Positions 13,560 through 28,349 of a stretch of DNA of 64,000 nt are shown here, one piece after another. The DNA is from Eledone cirrhosa (Eukaryota): NCBI GenBank assembly GCA_964016885.1, contig OZ024746.1, positions 4,650,001-4,714,000 of the forward strand, read 5' to 3'. Below the pieces are notes generated by a model, which was given only the letters and a program-made list of their open reading frames with translations, did no database searches and had not been told where the DNA came from. The position numbers and the translations under genes were made by a program. The first letter of the stretch is position 1. Each line of letters opens with the position of its first letter.

Positions 13560-13752
13560 GGGCAGTGGATTGGCATTATCGGTAGAGGGTCGGACGCCAT
13601 ACTTTGACGCATAGAGTTACGACCCTTTATTGTCTGAGTTCAAATCCCGCCGAGGTTAACTTTGCCTTTCATCCTTACGGGGTTGATAAAATAAAGTACC
13701 AGTAATACACTGGGGTAATTACTGGCCTTGTGCCTATAGCAGAAACAATTAT
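13560..13752 (+). mobile_element. SINE family A
   Basis: Near full-length match to the family motifs. Confidence 0.85.
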
Positions 13753-13914
13753 TTACACCAAACACTATCACCAAGAATCATAGTGTAGTTATATATAAAA
13801 CTATTACAAACACTACCAACAACAGCACCAACAGTCATTGTAATGGCATAGATTATACATAACCAACACTATCAACAACAGTAGCATTAGTAACTGTAAT
13901 AAAGCTTCATACAT

Positions 13915-14870
13915 CTAACAGCAACAACAGCAACTGTCATTATAACAGTTATAACAGCAGTAACAGCAACTGTCATTATAACAGTTATAACAGCAGTAAC
14001 AGCAACTATCATTATAACAGTTATAACAGCAGTAACAGCAACTGTCATTATAACAGTTATAACAGCAACTGTCATTATAACAGTTATAACAGCAACTGTC
14101 CTTATAACAGTTATAACAACAACTGTCATTATAACAGTTATAACAGCAACTGTCATTATAACAGTTTATAACAGCAGTAACAGCAACTGTCATTATAACA
14201 GTTATAACAGCAACTGTCATTATAACAGTTATAACAGCAACTGTCATTATAACAGTTATAACAGCAACTGTCATTATAACAGTTTATAACAGCAGTAACA
14301 GCAACTGTCATTATAACAGTTATAACAGCAACTGTCATTATAACAGTTTATAACAGCAGTAACAGCAACTGTCATTATAAGTTATAACAGCAACTGTCAT
14401 TATAACAGTTATAACAGCAACAACAGCAACTGTCATTATAACAGTTATAACAGTAGTAACAGCAACTGTCATTATAACAGTTATAATAGCAACAACAGCA
14501 ACTGTCATTATAACAGTTATAACAGTAGTAACAGCAACTGTCATTATAACAGTTATAACAGCAACAACAATAACTGTCATTATAACAGTTATAACAGCAA
14601 CAACAGCAACTGTCATTATAACAGTTTATAACGGCAGTAACAGCAACTGTCAATATAACAGTTATAACAGCAACTGTCAATATAACAGTTATAACAGCAA
14701 CAACAGCAACTGTCATTATAACAGATATAACAGCAACTGTCAATATAACAGTTATAACACCAACAACAGTAACTGTAACAACGCTACATTTATCTAACAC
14801 CAACAACAGCAACTGTCATTGTAACAGTTATCACAGTTATAACAGTAGTAACAGCAACAACAGTAACAAT
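13915..14870. repeat. Minisatellite with a 27/36-bp unit (AACAGCAACTGTCATTATAACAGTTAT)
   Basis: Direct tandem units with optional 9-bp inserts. Confidence 0.9.
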
Positions 14871-15033
14871 CAGATATTGTCAATGATGTAGTGAAGTTTT
14901 CACTGCGGAAAAATAACTGTTTGGTTAGTCCGCGTTACGGTCCATTGTTGTCATAACGACAACACTGCTTAGGCCAGCAAGTTAAGGCACGTGACATTCT
15001 GTAGATTTGAAAGTTGAAAAAGTTACCAGAGTA

Positions 15034-15222
15034 AATAATTGTTTCTACCTTTGGCACAAGGCCAGCAATTATCCCAGTGTATTACTGGTACTTTATTTTA
15101 TCGACCCCGTAAGGATGAAAGGAAAAGTTAACCTCGACAGGATTTGAACTCAGAATGGCAAGGGCCGTAACTCTATGCGTCAAATCATGGTGTCCGACCC
15201 TCTACCGATACTGCCAATCCAC
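15034..15222 (-). mobile_element. SINE family A
   Basis: Reverse complement of the family motifs. Confidence 0.85.
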
Positions 15223-15237
15223 AGCAGATTTAGCTGT

Positions 15238-15286
<49 letters not shown>

Positions 15287-15949
15287 GGGGGCACTATATC
15301 AGCTTGGTTCTGTTAAAAAAGATTGTGACTGCTGTTATATATTTTTATATAATTGAAATATGTTGTTGATGTTATTGTTATTTAACTGTGATTACCTCGT
15401 CATATTTCTACCAGACATGTTTAGGACTATATAGTCCAAACATGTACTTCCCTTCTTTTTTAAAGATGGTACAGTGTGATGGGAGGAGGAGCTGCTATTT
15501 CTAGTGGCAGGTTGAACGACGACAGAGGTTTTCTCGTAGACTTGAAGACTTAGGTTTACGAGCTTTGTTCTTGAGCTTTACGTTCAAATACCGGCGGGGT
15601 CAACTTTGTTTTCATCCTTCCGAGGTCGATAAAATACAGTACCAGTCATACACTGGAGTCGATATAATTGACCGTGTCCTCTCACAAATTGCTGGCTTTG
15701 TGCTTAAATTAATTTCTCTAAACAATGTTTGTGATGTACGTAATCAATATGCAAAATTTGATCAGTGTAGAAATTTACGATAAAATCTAACGATGCGTGA
15801 CAAACCAAAACAATATATGACCTATGAGAAGCAATAGTTAAGTTTCAGGACGTACTGTTTATGAGAAGGGTAAGTAAATATGTTTGTCAATATATCCAGA
15901 GTTGCAATGACATTCGATTTTACCAGCACTGAAGTCCCTTCAGAGGCAA

Positions 15950-16170
15950 AGAGAAGGAACGATCGACTTTCGTCAGATCGGACCGAGGAAATAATGTTTC
16001 CATTGGTCTTTCCAATTGCTAATACTATCTATCGGTCGCAAATCCAGGTAGAAGGATCAACGTGAAATAAAGTGTCTTGCTCAAGGACATAACGCACCGT
16101 CTGGTCCGGGAATCGAACTCACAACCTCACGTTTGCGAATCCAATTCTCTAACCACTCAGCCACACGCCG
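15950..16170 (-). mobile_element. tRNA-derived SINE (family B-related)
   Basis: Reverse complement of ggcgtgtggctgagtggttagagaattggattc..gagttcgattccc. The tail is shared with 46449-46665. Confidence 0.75.
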
Positions 16171-16374
16171 TCACTTATCAGAGGCAAAAACCATTTAAAA
16201 AAAAAAGCCAAATCTCCCTCAAACCAAACAATACTCTTTTAAATATAAAAAAGAACACATTGGTTACTATAGAAGTTAATATATAAAAACGCAAGAGGGT
16301 CACCTGTGCGATATAATCATAGCCCTGAAAAATCAGGACTCACCTGTGGCTAAATATCAATAACAATGTTTTCT

Positions 16375-16545
16375 AAGGGAGGGTAAGGTTGATTAAATCA
16401 ACCGCAGTACTTGACTGGCACTTTATTTTATCGACCTCGGAAGGGTGAAAAACACAATTGACCTCGTTGGGATTTGAACTCAGAATATAAAGAACCAGAA
16501 CAAATATCATAAATGGTTTTATCTGACGCTCTACCAATTCTGCCA
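16375..16545 (-). mobile_element. SINE family A (diverged)
   Basis: ttttatcgacctcggaaggg..gggatttgaactcag. Confidence 0.7.
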
Positions 16546-16727
16546 ACAACAACAATAATAACAACTATAGTAGTCATACTAGTCAAGATGTATAGGTTAT
16601 CAAAAGGAGTTCTCATGCAGACTTGATCTATTTTTAAACATTGCTAACCCTTACTATTTAACCGTTTGTTAATTTTACTTGCCCACAGTTCAAACCATAA
16701 CATCACTCTCTGTCTTTCCCTCTTCTA

Positions 16728-16806
<79 letters not shown>

Positions 16807-16929
16807 ACCCCTCTTTCTTACTCCCAGACGAAGAGCAAAGATCCAAAACGTTAGATTCTTCATTCCTCACGTCTTATCAAGCCATCCATCTCTTCTGTAG
16901 ACCTTACCTATACACCAATACAACTGCTT

Positions 16930-17026
16930 ACTATATTATTGGCTACCAATACTACTATCACCACTAATACTACTACTACTGCTACTACTACCACTATTAG
17001 TATTAGTACTACTACTACAGTTACTG

Positions 17027-17060
<34 letters not shown>

Positions 17061-17084
17061 AACTACTACTACCACTACTACTAT

Positions 17085-17135
<51 letters not shown>

Positions 17136-17156
17136 CACTATTACTACTACTACTAA
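16930..17156. repeat. (TAC)n microsatellite
   Basis: Direct observation. Confidence 0.9.
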
Positions 17157-17269
17157 CCTTTGGACTCTACTGATTATATTTCATTATCTGATAGAGGTAA
17201 CGGGTCATGTTAGATTTGAGTTAAGAGATGTTTGGAAAAAATGTCAGATAAGATATGTGAGATGTGACT

Positions 17270-17354
<85 letters not shown>

Positions 17355-17366
17355 ATATATAAAGAA

Positions 17367-17416
<50 letters not shown>

Positions 17417-17473
17417 ATAATAATAAATTTGAAGACTAAAATCCAAAGAGGGCTCGATAAGTTATTTTAATAA

Positions 17474-17507
<34 letters not shown>

Positions 17508-17650
17508 GGAGAGATATATATAGAGGGATATAGAGAGAAAGATATATACATATATATATAGAGAGAGAGAGGGGAGATAGAGAGAGAGAGTGATATAGAG
17601 GGATATATATATAGAGAGAGATGTGACTAGAGAGAGATATAGAGAGAGAA

Positions 17651-17749
<99 letters not shown>

Positions 17750-18309
17750 TATAGAGAGAAAGATATAGAGAAAGTAGGAGTAATAAGCTGCTTTTCTCTC
17801 TTTCTATCTTTCTCTATCTCTTTCTATCTCTCTATCTTTTGCTATACCTCTTTCTCTCTTTTTCACTTCCACTCTTTTTCTTTCTTTCTTTTTCACTCTC
17901 TCTAACTCTCTATCTACACCCCTCTCTCTACTCCTCTCTTATGATGTTATATTATACAAAAGGACAATAAATAAAAATAATAATTGATTCTACTCTTGGC
18001 ACAAGGCCAGCAATACTGAGAATTAAGTCAAGGTACACGTGTTTATGGAATGTGCCGTCACTTGCATGTTAATTTTACAGGTACGAACAACACAGTGGGG
18101 TTTACATCTGCTGAGATCAGCTTTTCACAGCATTTGCTTCTCTGGTGAAGTGTTGCAGTATGCTTTTGAAGTAGGCATTAAAGTCCTTCGTCTTCGGTCC
18201 ATCGCTGAGCACTCGGCAAAGTGCTGCTGGAAAATTTGTTTAGGGTCGGATTGGACGCACCCTCTGTGGTCCGTCAGTTACCAAATTGTGGCTTTGTAGC
18301 CACATTACG

Positions 18310-19175
18310 AATGTAAAGATAAAACACAGTAGAAGCATTTGAAGATGGATGAAACTGAAACTAAATGAACAGAAAAAAGAATATATGGACAATTCCATTG
18401 AGATGTTGAAGACAGGATAGACAGAGAAGAAATGTGATTATGGATGGCTAAAAGTGTAATAAAACCGGAAACATAAGCCTTAATATGTACTGCTCAAGAA
18501 AAGGTACTAAGAACTAACTACATCAAGCATAGAGTAGACCACACAATAGAAATTGATTAGTGTAGAATCTGTGGCATGAATGGAGAAACTGTTTGGTATA
18601 TTACCAGTCAATGCCCACCACTATTTAAGAGGTGTCACGGTAACATAGCAAGGATAGTCCATTGGACACTTTGTGGTCAATATGCATTTGACAGAGCAGG
18701 AAAGTGGTACGAACATAACGCTGAGGGTATTATCGAAAATGAAAATGCAGTGTGATACAGTGGGACCATGAGATTGATCATAGGAGACCAGATATTAATT
18801 GCGAAAGAAAGCAAAGTGTTGTATCATAGATATAGCCTGTCCAGTTGATAACAAGATATGCGATAAAGAATGGAAAAATTGATAGATATAACATTTTAGT
18901 TTGGGAGGTGAAGAAGTTGTGGTCACTGGAAAAGGTGGTGGTTATACCAATAATAGTTGGAGTCTTGGGAATAGTAAGTAGAGATCTTGAGAAGTACACC
19001 ATACAAATAGAGATTGCAAAACGGTCACTTACATAAAATGGCATTGATTGGAACAGCTCGAATACTCCGGAGGGTACTGGAAAAATAAGGGGTGTTACTT
19101 CAGTTCACTGGTAGTGAACAGCTAATACTGTAATACATCTACAACATTAGAAGCTGAGCGAAGAAAGAATAATAA
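18310..19175 (+). mobile_element. Degenerate R4/Dong-type non-LTR element 3' region (CCHC finger + restriction-like endonuclease)
   Basis: Translated fragments CRICGMNGETVWYITSQC, H..IARIVHW.LC, KWYEH, DHRRPDI and LWSLEKVVVIPIIVGVLG. It ends at a TAA-type tail and has frameshifts and stops. Confidence 0.8.
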
Positions 19176-19208
19176 TGATGGTGATGGTGGTGGTAAAATA
19201 TTTCAAAG

Positions 19209-19326
<118 letters not shown>

Positions 19327-19652
19327 TTTTTTTTTTAAATTAAGAAAAGCAATAAAACTTTTTTTATGTTTGCAGATTTCAAACCAAAATAATTGAATTG
19401 GGTAGGAAAAAAAAAAAGGAAAAATTCTATCAACAATGTTTTCATATATTTATGTTGTTTAAACTTCAATTGGTGTATTATCTTTATACGTATATGTAAC
19501 ATAAATATATTGTAGGATAAACAACAACAACAGACTAAGTAAAGTATTGTTGATAAAATAGATGCAGTAGATGAAGATTGTGTGGGTGAATTTTAATCTT
19601 CCGGCTAATGTCTCCCACTCTGTTATGTGACGATAAAAGTTTAAAGTTTAAA

Positions 19653-19744
<92 letters not shown>

Positions 19745-19807
19745 TCTGTGTGTGTGTACGCATGTGTGCCTCTTCCTAGGCAGAGGTCACCGCTCTATGA
19801 TTACTAC

Positions 19808-20022
19808 TACGAGGGGTGCTAAAAAACTTCTGGCTGATTGCTGCTACAAAAGCCTGGTTGGGGGTCCAATCTTCCGAGTTCTTTTTTCAAGGCTTAGAAA
19901 ACCTGAAGGACTGCTGCAATAAATGTGTAAATCTGAGAGGGGAATATGTTGAATAAAATCATAACTGATCCTCCTGTATTTTCTTTTACCCCAAGCCAGG
20001 AAGTTTTCAGCACCTCCTCGTA
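19808..20022 (+). mobile_element. Mariner-derived MITE
   Basis: TIRs tacgaggggtgctaaaaaactt / aagttttcagcacctcctcgta with TA ends, and an internal mariner C-terminal remnant (..NLRGEYVE*). Confidence 0.8.
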
Positions 20023-20059
20023 ATCAAGTAAGGATAATTCTAACTAGCGTCTTCTCAGT

Positions 20060-20270
20060 TACAGATAGGTATGAAATGCCATGACAGACCCAGGCACAGC
20101 TCGCCGTAACGCAGAGGAGCGAACATAGTCAAATATCGGGACCTCGTCGACCACTTCGTTATTTTTGTTTTTGTCGGTCACTGCCGTGGCCTCTGGCCTC
20201 TTCGATCCCTGAGCAGCGAGCTGCCGTTATCCTCCACAAAATTGGGAGGAGTACATCTTGCCTTATGAAG
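20060..20270 (+). pseudogene. Possible degenerate RLE-type (CRE-like) retroelement endonuclease fragment
   Basis: Remnant 'KYRDLVDHFVIFVFV' resembles KY..L...Y.F.P motifs. Highly degenerate. Confidence 0.3.
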
Positions 20271-20434
20271 GATCCCTGTGAGGTGGATGGGCTGATTCGA
20301 CGGATGTCGCTGTTCTATGTGGAAAAACCTTCACCATTTCATCCGTGGGGCTCGGTTGAGATATTACAGCCTAGGCTGAGATAAACCTATAGAGTCTGTC
20401 GTACCATTCCAATTTCCCCGTCATTATTGACAGT

Positions 20435-20802
20435 GTGAATTGGCAGTATCGGTAGAGGGTTGGACGCCATGCTTTGACGCATAGAGTTACGGCCCTTGCC
20501 ATTCTGAGTTCAAATCCCGCCGAGGTTAACTTTGCCTTTCATCCTTACGGGGTCGATAAAATAAAGTACCAGTAATGTACTGGGTAATTGCTGGCCTTGT
20601 GCCAAAAGTAGAAACAATTATTGACAGTATCGGTAGAGGGTCGGACGCCATGCTTTGTAGCATAGAGTTACGTCCCTTTATGGTCTGAGTTCAAATCTCG
20701 TCGAGGTTAACTTTGCCTTTCATCCTTAAGGAGTAGATAAAATAAAGTACCAGTAATGCACTGGTTAATTGCTGGCCTTGTGCCAAAAGTAGAAACAATT
20801 AT
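20435..20802 (+). mobile_element. Two tandem SINE family A copies
   Basis: Family motifs at 20435-20622 and 20625-20802. Confidence 0.85.
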
Positions 20803-21280
20803 TTTTATTTTATGTTTAATTTATTGCAAACATATTTAATTGAAAATTGTTGAATAAAATTTCTTAGTGAACTCAACCGTTTTTGTCGCCTCCTTTGTAG
20901 AACACGCTGATATTGGCTTCTTTAAAAGCCTTAGGGAACTCCTTCTGAACACATTATCATGTTTAGCTAGATTACTTGGAGTTCCGAAACATCATTTGTA
21001 ATTAGTTCGGGTAGCATCTTATGACCTGCTACGTGATTGTAGTTGCTGTTGTTGTCTGTGTATGGGTGTGGGTGGGTGGGTGCATATGTGTGAGATGCGA
21101 ATAACCATTACATGAGTGCAACTACACCTATATATATCCACGTAGAAAGAGACGGTAATTCCTTCACAAATATCCTGAACTGTCTTTACCCAAACAGCCC
21201 AGTCGTTTCGTTAATGGCCGGATTGAATTCTACAAAGAACTTAATTACATTTCACAGAAAAGTATACCTACAGAGAGAAG

Positions 21281-21316
<36 letters not shown>

Positions 21317-21934
21317 GAGATACATACATGCATATAAACATACAAAACAAACATACATACCTATACATATACACACACATACACACATACATGCGCGCGC
21401 AAACCCAAACCCATATATATATATATATATATATAGGTACGTACCTATAAGCATACAAACATGTACACACACACAAATACACACACTGATACACACACAC
21501 ATACACACACACACACACACATACACACACACACACACTGATACACACACACACACTCACACACACACTCACACAAACACACACACACACTGATACACAC
21601 ACACACAAACACACAAACACACACACACACACAAACACACACACAAACACAAACACACAAACACAAACACACAAACACACAAACACATACACACACACAA
21701 ACACACACACACACACACACACACTACATGTTATTTGTTAGTTTTATTGTAAGAGAAATATGAAAATATCAGCAATTTATTCCAGTGGGAGGAATATTCC
21801 ATTTCTCTTTCATTATTGAAATGTCATGAAATATGTTAAGAATCTTACATCTTTTATGGCTTCTCTCTTTATTTTGTTTCATTAAACAATTCGGAGGTTC
21901 ACAGTAAATCATTCTTTAGTCTTCCTTGTTACTG

Positions 21935-23347
21935 ATGTTGTTGTTGTTATTGTTGCTAGTGATTGTTGTTATTGTTGTTAGTGCGTTGGTGGTCGTGTTG
22001 TTGTTATTACTGCTGTTGTGATTACCGTTGTTGCTGTTGTTACTGTTGTTGTCTGTTGTTACTGTTGTTGTCTGTTGTTACTGTTGTTGTCTGTTGTTAC
22101 TGTTGTTACTGTTGTTACTGTTGTTGTCTGTTGTTACTGTTGTTACTGTTGTTACTGTTGTTACTGTTCTTGTCTGTTGTTACTGTTGTTACCGTTGTTG
22201 CTGTTGTTACTGTTGTTGTCTGTTGTTACTGTTGTTACTGTTGTTGCTGTTGTTGTCTGTTGTTACTGTTGTTACTGTTGTTGTCTGTTGTTACTGTTGT
22301 TACTGTTGTTGTCTGTTGTTACTGTTGTTACTGTTGTTGTCTGTTGTTACTGTTGTTACTGTTGTTACTGTTGTTGTCTGTTGTTACCTGTTGTTACTGT
22401 TGTTACTGTTGTTACTGTTGTTGTTGTTTGTTGTTGTTGTTGTTGTTTGTTGTTACTGTTGTTGTTGTTGTTGTTTGTTGTTACTGTTGTTGTCTGTTGT
22501 TACTGTTGTTATCTGTTGTTGTTGTTGTTGTTTGTTGTTACTGCTGTTGTCTGTTGTTGTTGTTGTTTGTTGTTACTGTTGTTGTCTGTTGTTACTGTTG
22601 TTATCTGTTGTTGTTGTTGTTGTTTGTTGTTACTGTTGTTGTCTGTTGTTGTTGTTGTTTGTTGTTACTGTTGTTGTCTGTTGTTACTGTTGTTGTCTGT
22701 TGTTGTTGTTGTTGTTTGTTGTTACTGTTGTTGTCTGTTGTTACTGTTGTTGTTGTTGTTGTTGTTTGTTGTTACTGTTGTTACTGTTGTTGTCTGTTGT
22801 TGTCTGTTGTTACTGTTGTTGTCTGTTGTTGTTGTTGTTGTTGTTTGTTGTTACTGTTGTTGTCTGTTGTTACTGTTGTTGTTGTTGTTGTTTGTTGTTA
22901 CTGTTGTTGTCTGTTGTTACTGTTGTTGTCTGTTGTTACTGTTGTTACTGTTGTTGTTGTTGTTTGTTGTTACTGTTGTTGTCTGTTGTTACTGTTGTTA
23001 CTGTTGTTACTGTTGTTGTCTGTTGTTACTGTTGTTGTCTGTTGTTACTGTTGTTGTCTGTTGTTACTGTTGTTGTTGTTGTTTGTTGTTACTGTTGTTG
23101 TCTGTTGTTACTGTTGTTACTGTTGTTGTTGTTGTTGTTGTTGTCTGTTGTTACTGTTGTTGTCTGTTGTTACTGTTGTTACTGTTGTTGTCTGTTGTTA
23201 CTGTTGTTACTGTTGTTGTTGTTGTTTGTTGTTACTGTTGTTGTCTGTTGTTACTGTTGTTGTTGTTGTTGTTGTTTGTTGTTACTGTTGTTGTCTGTTG
23301 TTACTGTTGTTGTTGTTGTTTGTTGTTACTGTTGTTGTCTGTTGTTG
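21935..23347. repeat. GTT/GTTACT compound repeat
   Basis: Direct observation. Confidence 0.9.
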
Positions 23348-23351
23348 GGAA

Positions 23352-23457
23352 ATAGGAAAAAGTATGACCCCGACGGCAGAGCTCAAGCCGCTTCGACGTC
23401 CAGAAATAGCCGTCGAAACGGCTTGAGCTCTGCCGTCGGGGTCATACTTTTCCCTAT
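23352..23457. repeat. Hairpin element (47-bp arms, 12-nt loop) abutting (TA)n
   Basis: 23352-23398 vs 23411-23457. A homologous copy lies at 34891-34996. Confidence 0.9.
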
Positions 23458-23617
23458 ATATATATATATATATATACACTGGGTAAAACATTACTTGACT
23501 TTGCTTCATTTACCATTATTTCTCCTTCGTAGTTCTTCCGCATTGTACTGGCTTTAAACAACCTTATCGCTTATTTAATACATATCTCACAATTCTTCGT
23601 ATTAACTACACCGCACA

Positions 23618-23941
<324 letters not shown>

Positions 23942-25083
23942 GATTTTCTTTAATGTCACGTGTTATAAGAAAAATAGAAAATGAGACATTTTGTTCATCG
24001 TTGTTGTTGTTGTGGTGGTTGTTTAACCCAGCTGACTTCTGATTGAGCAGATCTGTGATGATCAGGTCGTAAGTATCCCACATTTATTCCATACATAGTA
24101 TATCTAGAAATATATTATCCCGTGTGCTTTTCCTTTTTTTAAGACAGCAGAAATTTGGTAGGCTCCCTTATTAACTAAATAAAGTGATCCTGCTTCAGGT
24201 GACACTGAAAACTTAATACTGTCACGTCTTATATCATGCTATATGACACTTATTACCTTCAAACAGACATCACCGGGTTTAATCCACTAATTTAATTCAC
24301 TAATTTTAGTGAAGTCCGTTCCGTTGTATCCGAATGGGATCTTTAGCCACAGAGGTCCTAAAAAGGGCCTTGAACCCTGTCCTTTATCATATGGTGAAGC
24401 CATAAAAATGGAAAAATAAATGCCTTGACTTTCATGCCTTCTCCAAATATACTATCACATAAGAGCAGGGAACTATTTTCAACAAGATATTGAAACTATG
24501 TAGCTAGTTCAACTTGCTTGTAGCTTTACAGTACTTGCTTCAATAACATAATGAAGGTTGCATATCTAAATTTATGAAATCATTAATCTGCTAAAGAAGT
24601 TTGAAATTGTTTTGGCTATTAGCTTCATCTCTCATGTTTCATTGTTCCACATGATGTTTTGATTGATCAATTCTTTTATACAGAGGTTCCGTGTATCACT
24701 TTTCTAACCTCGATTTCAGCTATAAAAACCATGCGTAAGAAATTCGAGCCTAGCCTATGATATGTTTTTAACTATTTTCTTATAGTTAACTTGCTGCATA
24801 ATTTATAAGGTCGATAACAACAAACATGCTATTTTTAAGGCACCGAAATCTATGCTAATGTCCAAAACATTATAGAATTAGCAGAAGCTAATGCAAATAT
24901 AGAAGGAAAGGATAAGAAATTACTGTTGAATTTGCGTTATTCAACTCCGCGAAAATCATAAGCAAAAACGGGAAGTTTACTGTTACCAATAGTTACATTT
25001 GCTCTTTTATTGCGTACCTGATTGACACTAGTTCAATAAATGAATTTAGGTTTCACAGTATTGATCTGATATGATCGAACATT

Positions 25084-25302
25084 TACGAAGAGGTGCTGAA
25101 CAGTTCCTGGCTTTGGGTAAAAGAAAATACAGGAGGATTAGTTAATTATGATTTTATTCAACATATTCCCCTTTCAGATTCACACAGTTATTGCAGCGGT
25201 CCTTCAGTTTTTCTAAGCCCTGTAAAACGGACTCGGAAGGTTGGGTCTCCAGTGGTCCTATGTGATCTCCTTAAAGTCAGAAACTTTCCAGCACTCCCTC
25301 AT
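25084..25302 (-). mobile_element. Mariner-derived MITE
   Basis: Reverse complement of the 19808 family, with TIRs. Confidence 0.75.
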
Positions 25303-25920
25303 ATAGAATATTAAAATTGAATATATGAAAAAGATTGTAGAATGGACCAATCAAAAGTTATTGTGAAATATAGGGCTGCAAAGAAAAGATAAATATTCTG
25401 TAAAATTTAAATTACATTATTTCTAAAGTATTCTTGAGAATAAGCGACTGTTCCTGGAAACATCGGTTCTTCTACTTTAACTTAAAGACGTTTGTTTGTA
25501 TAATTGTCAACGTTCTGGTTGTGTCACACTGGATTACTGGCATTAAAAATAAATTTAGCAGCTAAGGAGTGAAGGAATATACTTCTCGACTATGACTTAG
25601 ACCAAAGAGGAGTCCGAGGTGGAGGAGCCGTGACCATTACAGAACCTCCAGTGGGAAGGAATTATCCGCAGACAGGAGACCTAGTACGAATACTTGCAAT
25701 AGAATGTTAATCCCATAATGGTACCAAAAGGCAAGATTATGGGAATCAATAGGTGACGGATATCTACCACATAAGAACAAGAGCGATCCTTCCAACAGAC
25801 TCTACATCGTTCCATCTACCAAATCTATTCACTGGGTTAGCGTCAATCCGAGACAATTTTCCAAGATGTCAAGCAATGAAATCGCACCAGAAGTCATGTA
25901 GTTGCGATGCGAAAATATTA

Positions 25921-26016
<96 letters not shown>

Positions 26017-27970
26017 AAAAGTTATAATCAACAGTAAGAGTTTGTTTGTGTTTATAAGACAAATAATTAATTCATCTGTATGTAGGATATGAGCTCTCAT
26101 ACAGTCTCAGTGCGAAATTAGTTGCCAAAAATAGTTTTAAAAAGTGTATCTCTCCTTGTTAGAAGCAAGGTGTAATAACTGGCCATAGGTGTTCACATCT
26201 CGCCACTGACGATGCTTTATAACCCTGACAAGTCAATTCATTTCCAATGAACAAAACCACTTGACAATAAAGAGCATTGAGAATACTTACTTTAATTATT
26301 TTTTAATTCATGAAATATAAATACTTATTCTTAATACATGTGTTTCACTCTCAAAGTTGGCTTAAAAACCATTGGTAATTACATAAATATGAAAAAAAAG
26401 GTTTTTTAAAAATTAAGTCATACGGAAAAGGGGGAGGGGTAAAGAAGGGCAGATCTGGCTGTATAGCAAAGTAAAGGAAAGGACTATAAATGCCATAAAT
26501 GAGAGGAAAAGAAGGGAAAAGCGAGGACTTTTGGGTCACAGAAGAGAGGGGGAAGGGGAGAGGTTGATGGGCTCTGGACCTAGGGCGGGGCGGTATTTGG
26601 GCCGCGTCCCACAGATAAAATTGCAAAGGCATTTCCGCGGAGAATGGCCAGTGACAACCACTGCAACAGCCACCCCACAACGCGAGGCTCCTTTGACGGG
26701 CTGCTGACGTTCCCATTTTACGGAGTAGCTCGGCAGTACGATGTCTGAGGTTTCGATGGAAGGGTTAGCTGTGTTATAGGTATCAAAAGGAAAGGTTTCG
26801 ACATACTTAACTTCAGCTAAATACCCTATATGGAAAACAGCGTCTCTACCAATGAGTTACGAGACTTCTTCATCCATATCCACATATAAAACTAGTTGTT
26901 TTGCTGTTTGCAGCAATAAATAACCGTCTCAGTGACCATCACATAACCATAACTAACAGTAATTCCTATCAATTCAATTCCCAAGGTCACAAAAGGCAGA
27001 GGAAATTTGATCAATAAATAGTTAATGAAGCAACTAATGAGATTATGATAGCCTGAATAATTACAAAATTTCATCTTCTGAAATTATTAACAGTGTAGAG
27101 AATAACAAATAGCGAGACCAATCCAATAAATGCCGAGTCTTGAATCCTGAAAATGTGTTTAAAACTAAAGAATGTTAACCGTTCATTTTGATCATAAACT
27201 AGCTATTATTTCTATTGCAAACAAATATACTATTAGCACTGTCGCGGCAGCAGAGAATGGATCTTTCGATTTGCTTGTGCTACATTTATGGTAATAACAT
27301 TTATTAATTCCTATCAGGCCTTCATTTAACTGCAGTTAAGCCCTAGGGGGTTAAAAATAGAAAATTCTCCTCATTCATTGATTGCTGTATTATTTTTATT
27401 GTTTTAGTTCAGCCGAAATATTAAGAAGACATTAGTCCTAATAGTTATCACATGTCTAAAGCAACCAGTCGCTAGGAGAACATAGAAGTGAATATTGTTG
27501 GGTGAGGTAGGGCTGTCTACTTGTTTGTGTGTATGGATGTGTTTGTGTGTATGGATGTGTTTGTGTGTATGGATGTGTGTGTGTGTGTATGTGTATTTGT
27601 GTGTGTTTGAGTACATATGTGTGAAAGTATGTGTGCGTCTGTTTGTGTGTGTGCGTTTGAATACGCATGTGTGTATGTGTGTGCGAGTATATGTGCGAGT
27701 ATGTGTGTGTGTATGCGTGCGTGTATATGTGTGTATGCGTGCGTGTATATTGAGTATGTATGTGTGTGGGTATATGTGTGAATGTGTGTTTGTGTGTGAA
27801 TGTGTGTTTGTGCGTGAATGTGTGTTTGAGTACGTATGTGTGTGGGTATATATATGTGTGAATGTGTGTGTTTGAGAGAGAAATAGAGAGAGATAGATAG
27901 AGAGAGAGAGAGAAAGAAAGAGAGAGAGTATGTGTGTGTGTGTGTGTGTCTGTGTCTGTGTCTGTGTCTG

Positions 27971-28010
<40 letters not shown>

Positions 28011-28349
28011 GCAGAAGGTCATATAATTTATGGCGGGAAGTAACTCCGCTCAATTCCAACAGAATCAAGTTTACATATTTCACTTTATACAATCAATAAA
28101 ATATCTCCCTGTAATATTCTGGCATCAAATGTACAAACCCCTACACCCTCTCACCCTCTCACTCTTCCAAATAATCTAACACTGTAACCATGGATCCTCT
28201 ACGTGTTCGCCCATCTTGTTAGAAATATCACCCAAATCTCTAATCCACGCGCTACTGTATGTGAAAGAGACACCCTGGTTAATGCGGTTCTGGCTTCCTC
28301 GCATATAGGAAAAAGACGGGATGGTTTCAATTGAAATATCTTTGATCAT

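Noticed and set aside
11732-14812. Long ORFs (poly-V/T/N, LYITSTTNT repeats)
   Set aside because: These are translations of tandem repeats that are open in several frames and on both strands, with no splice or domain evidence.
21963-23557. 445-509 aa L/C/V-rich ORFs
   Set aside because: Artefacts of the GTT compound repeat, open in all three frames.
26200-26295. CTGACGA-TGCT...AGCA-TT-GAGA motif
   Set aside because: GAAA, stem III and stem I are not satisfied.
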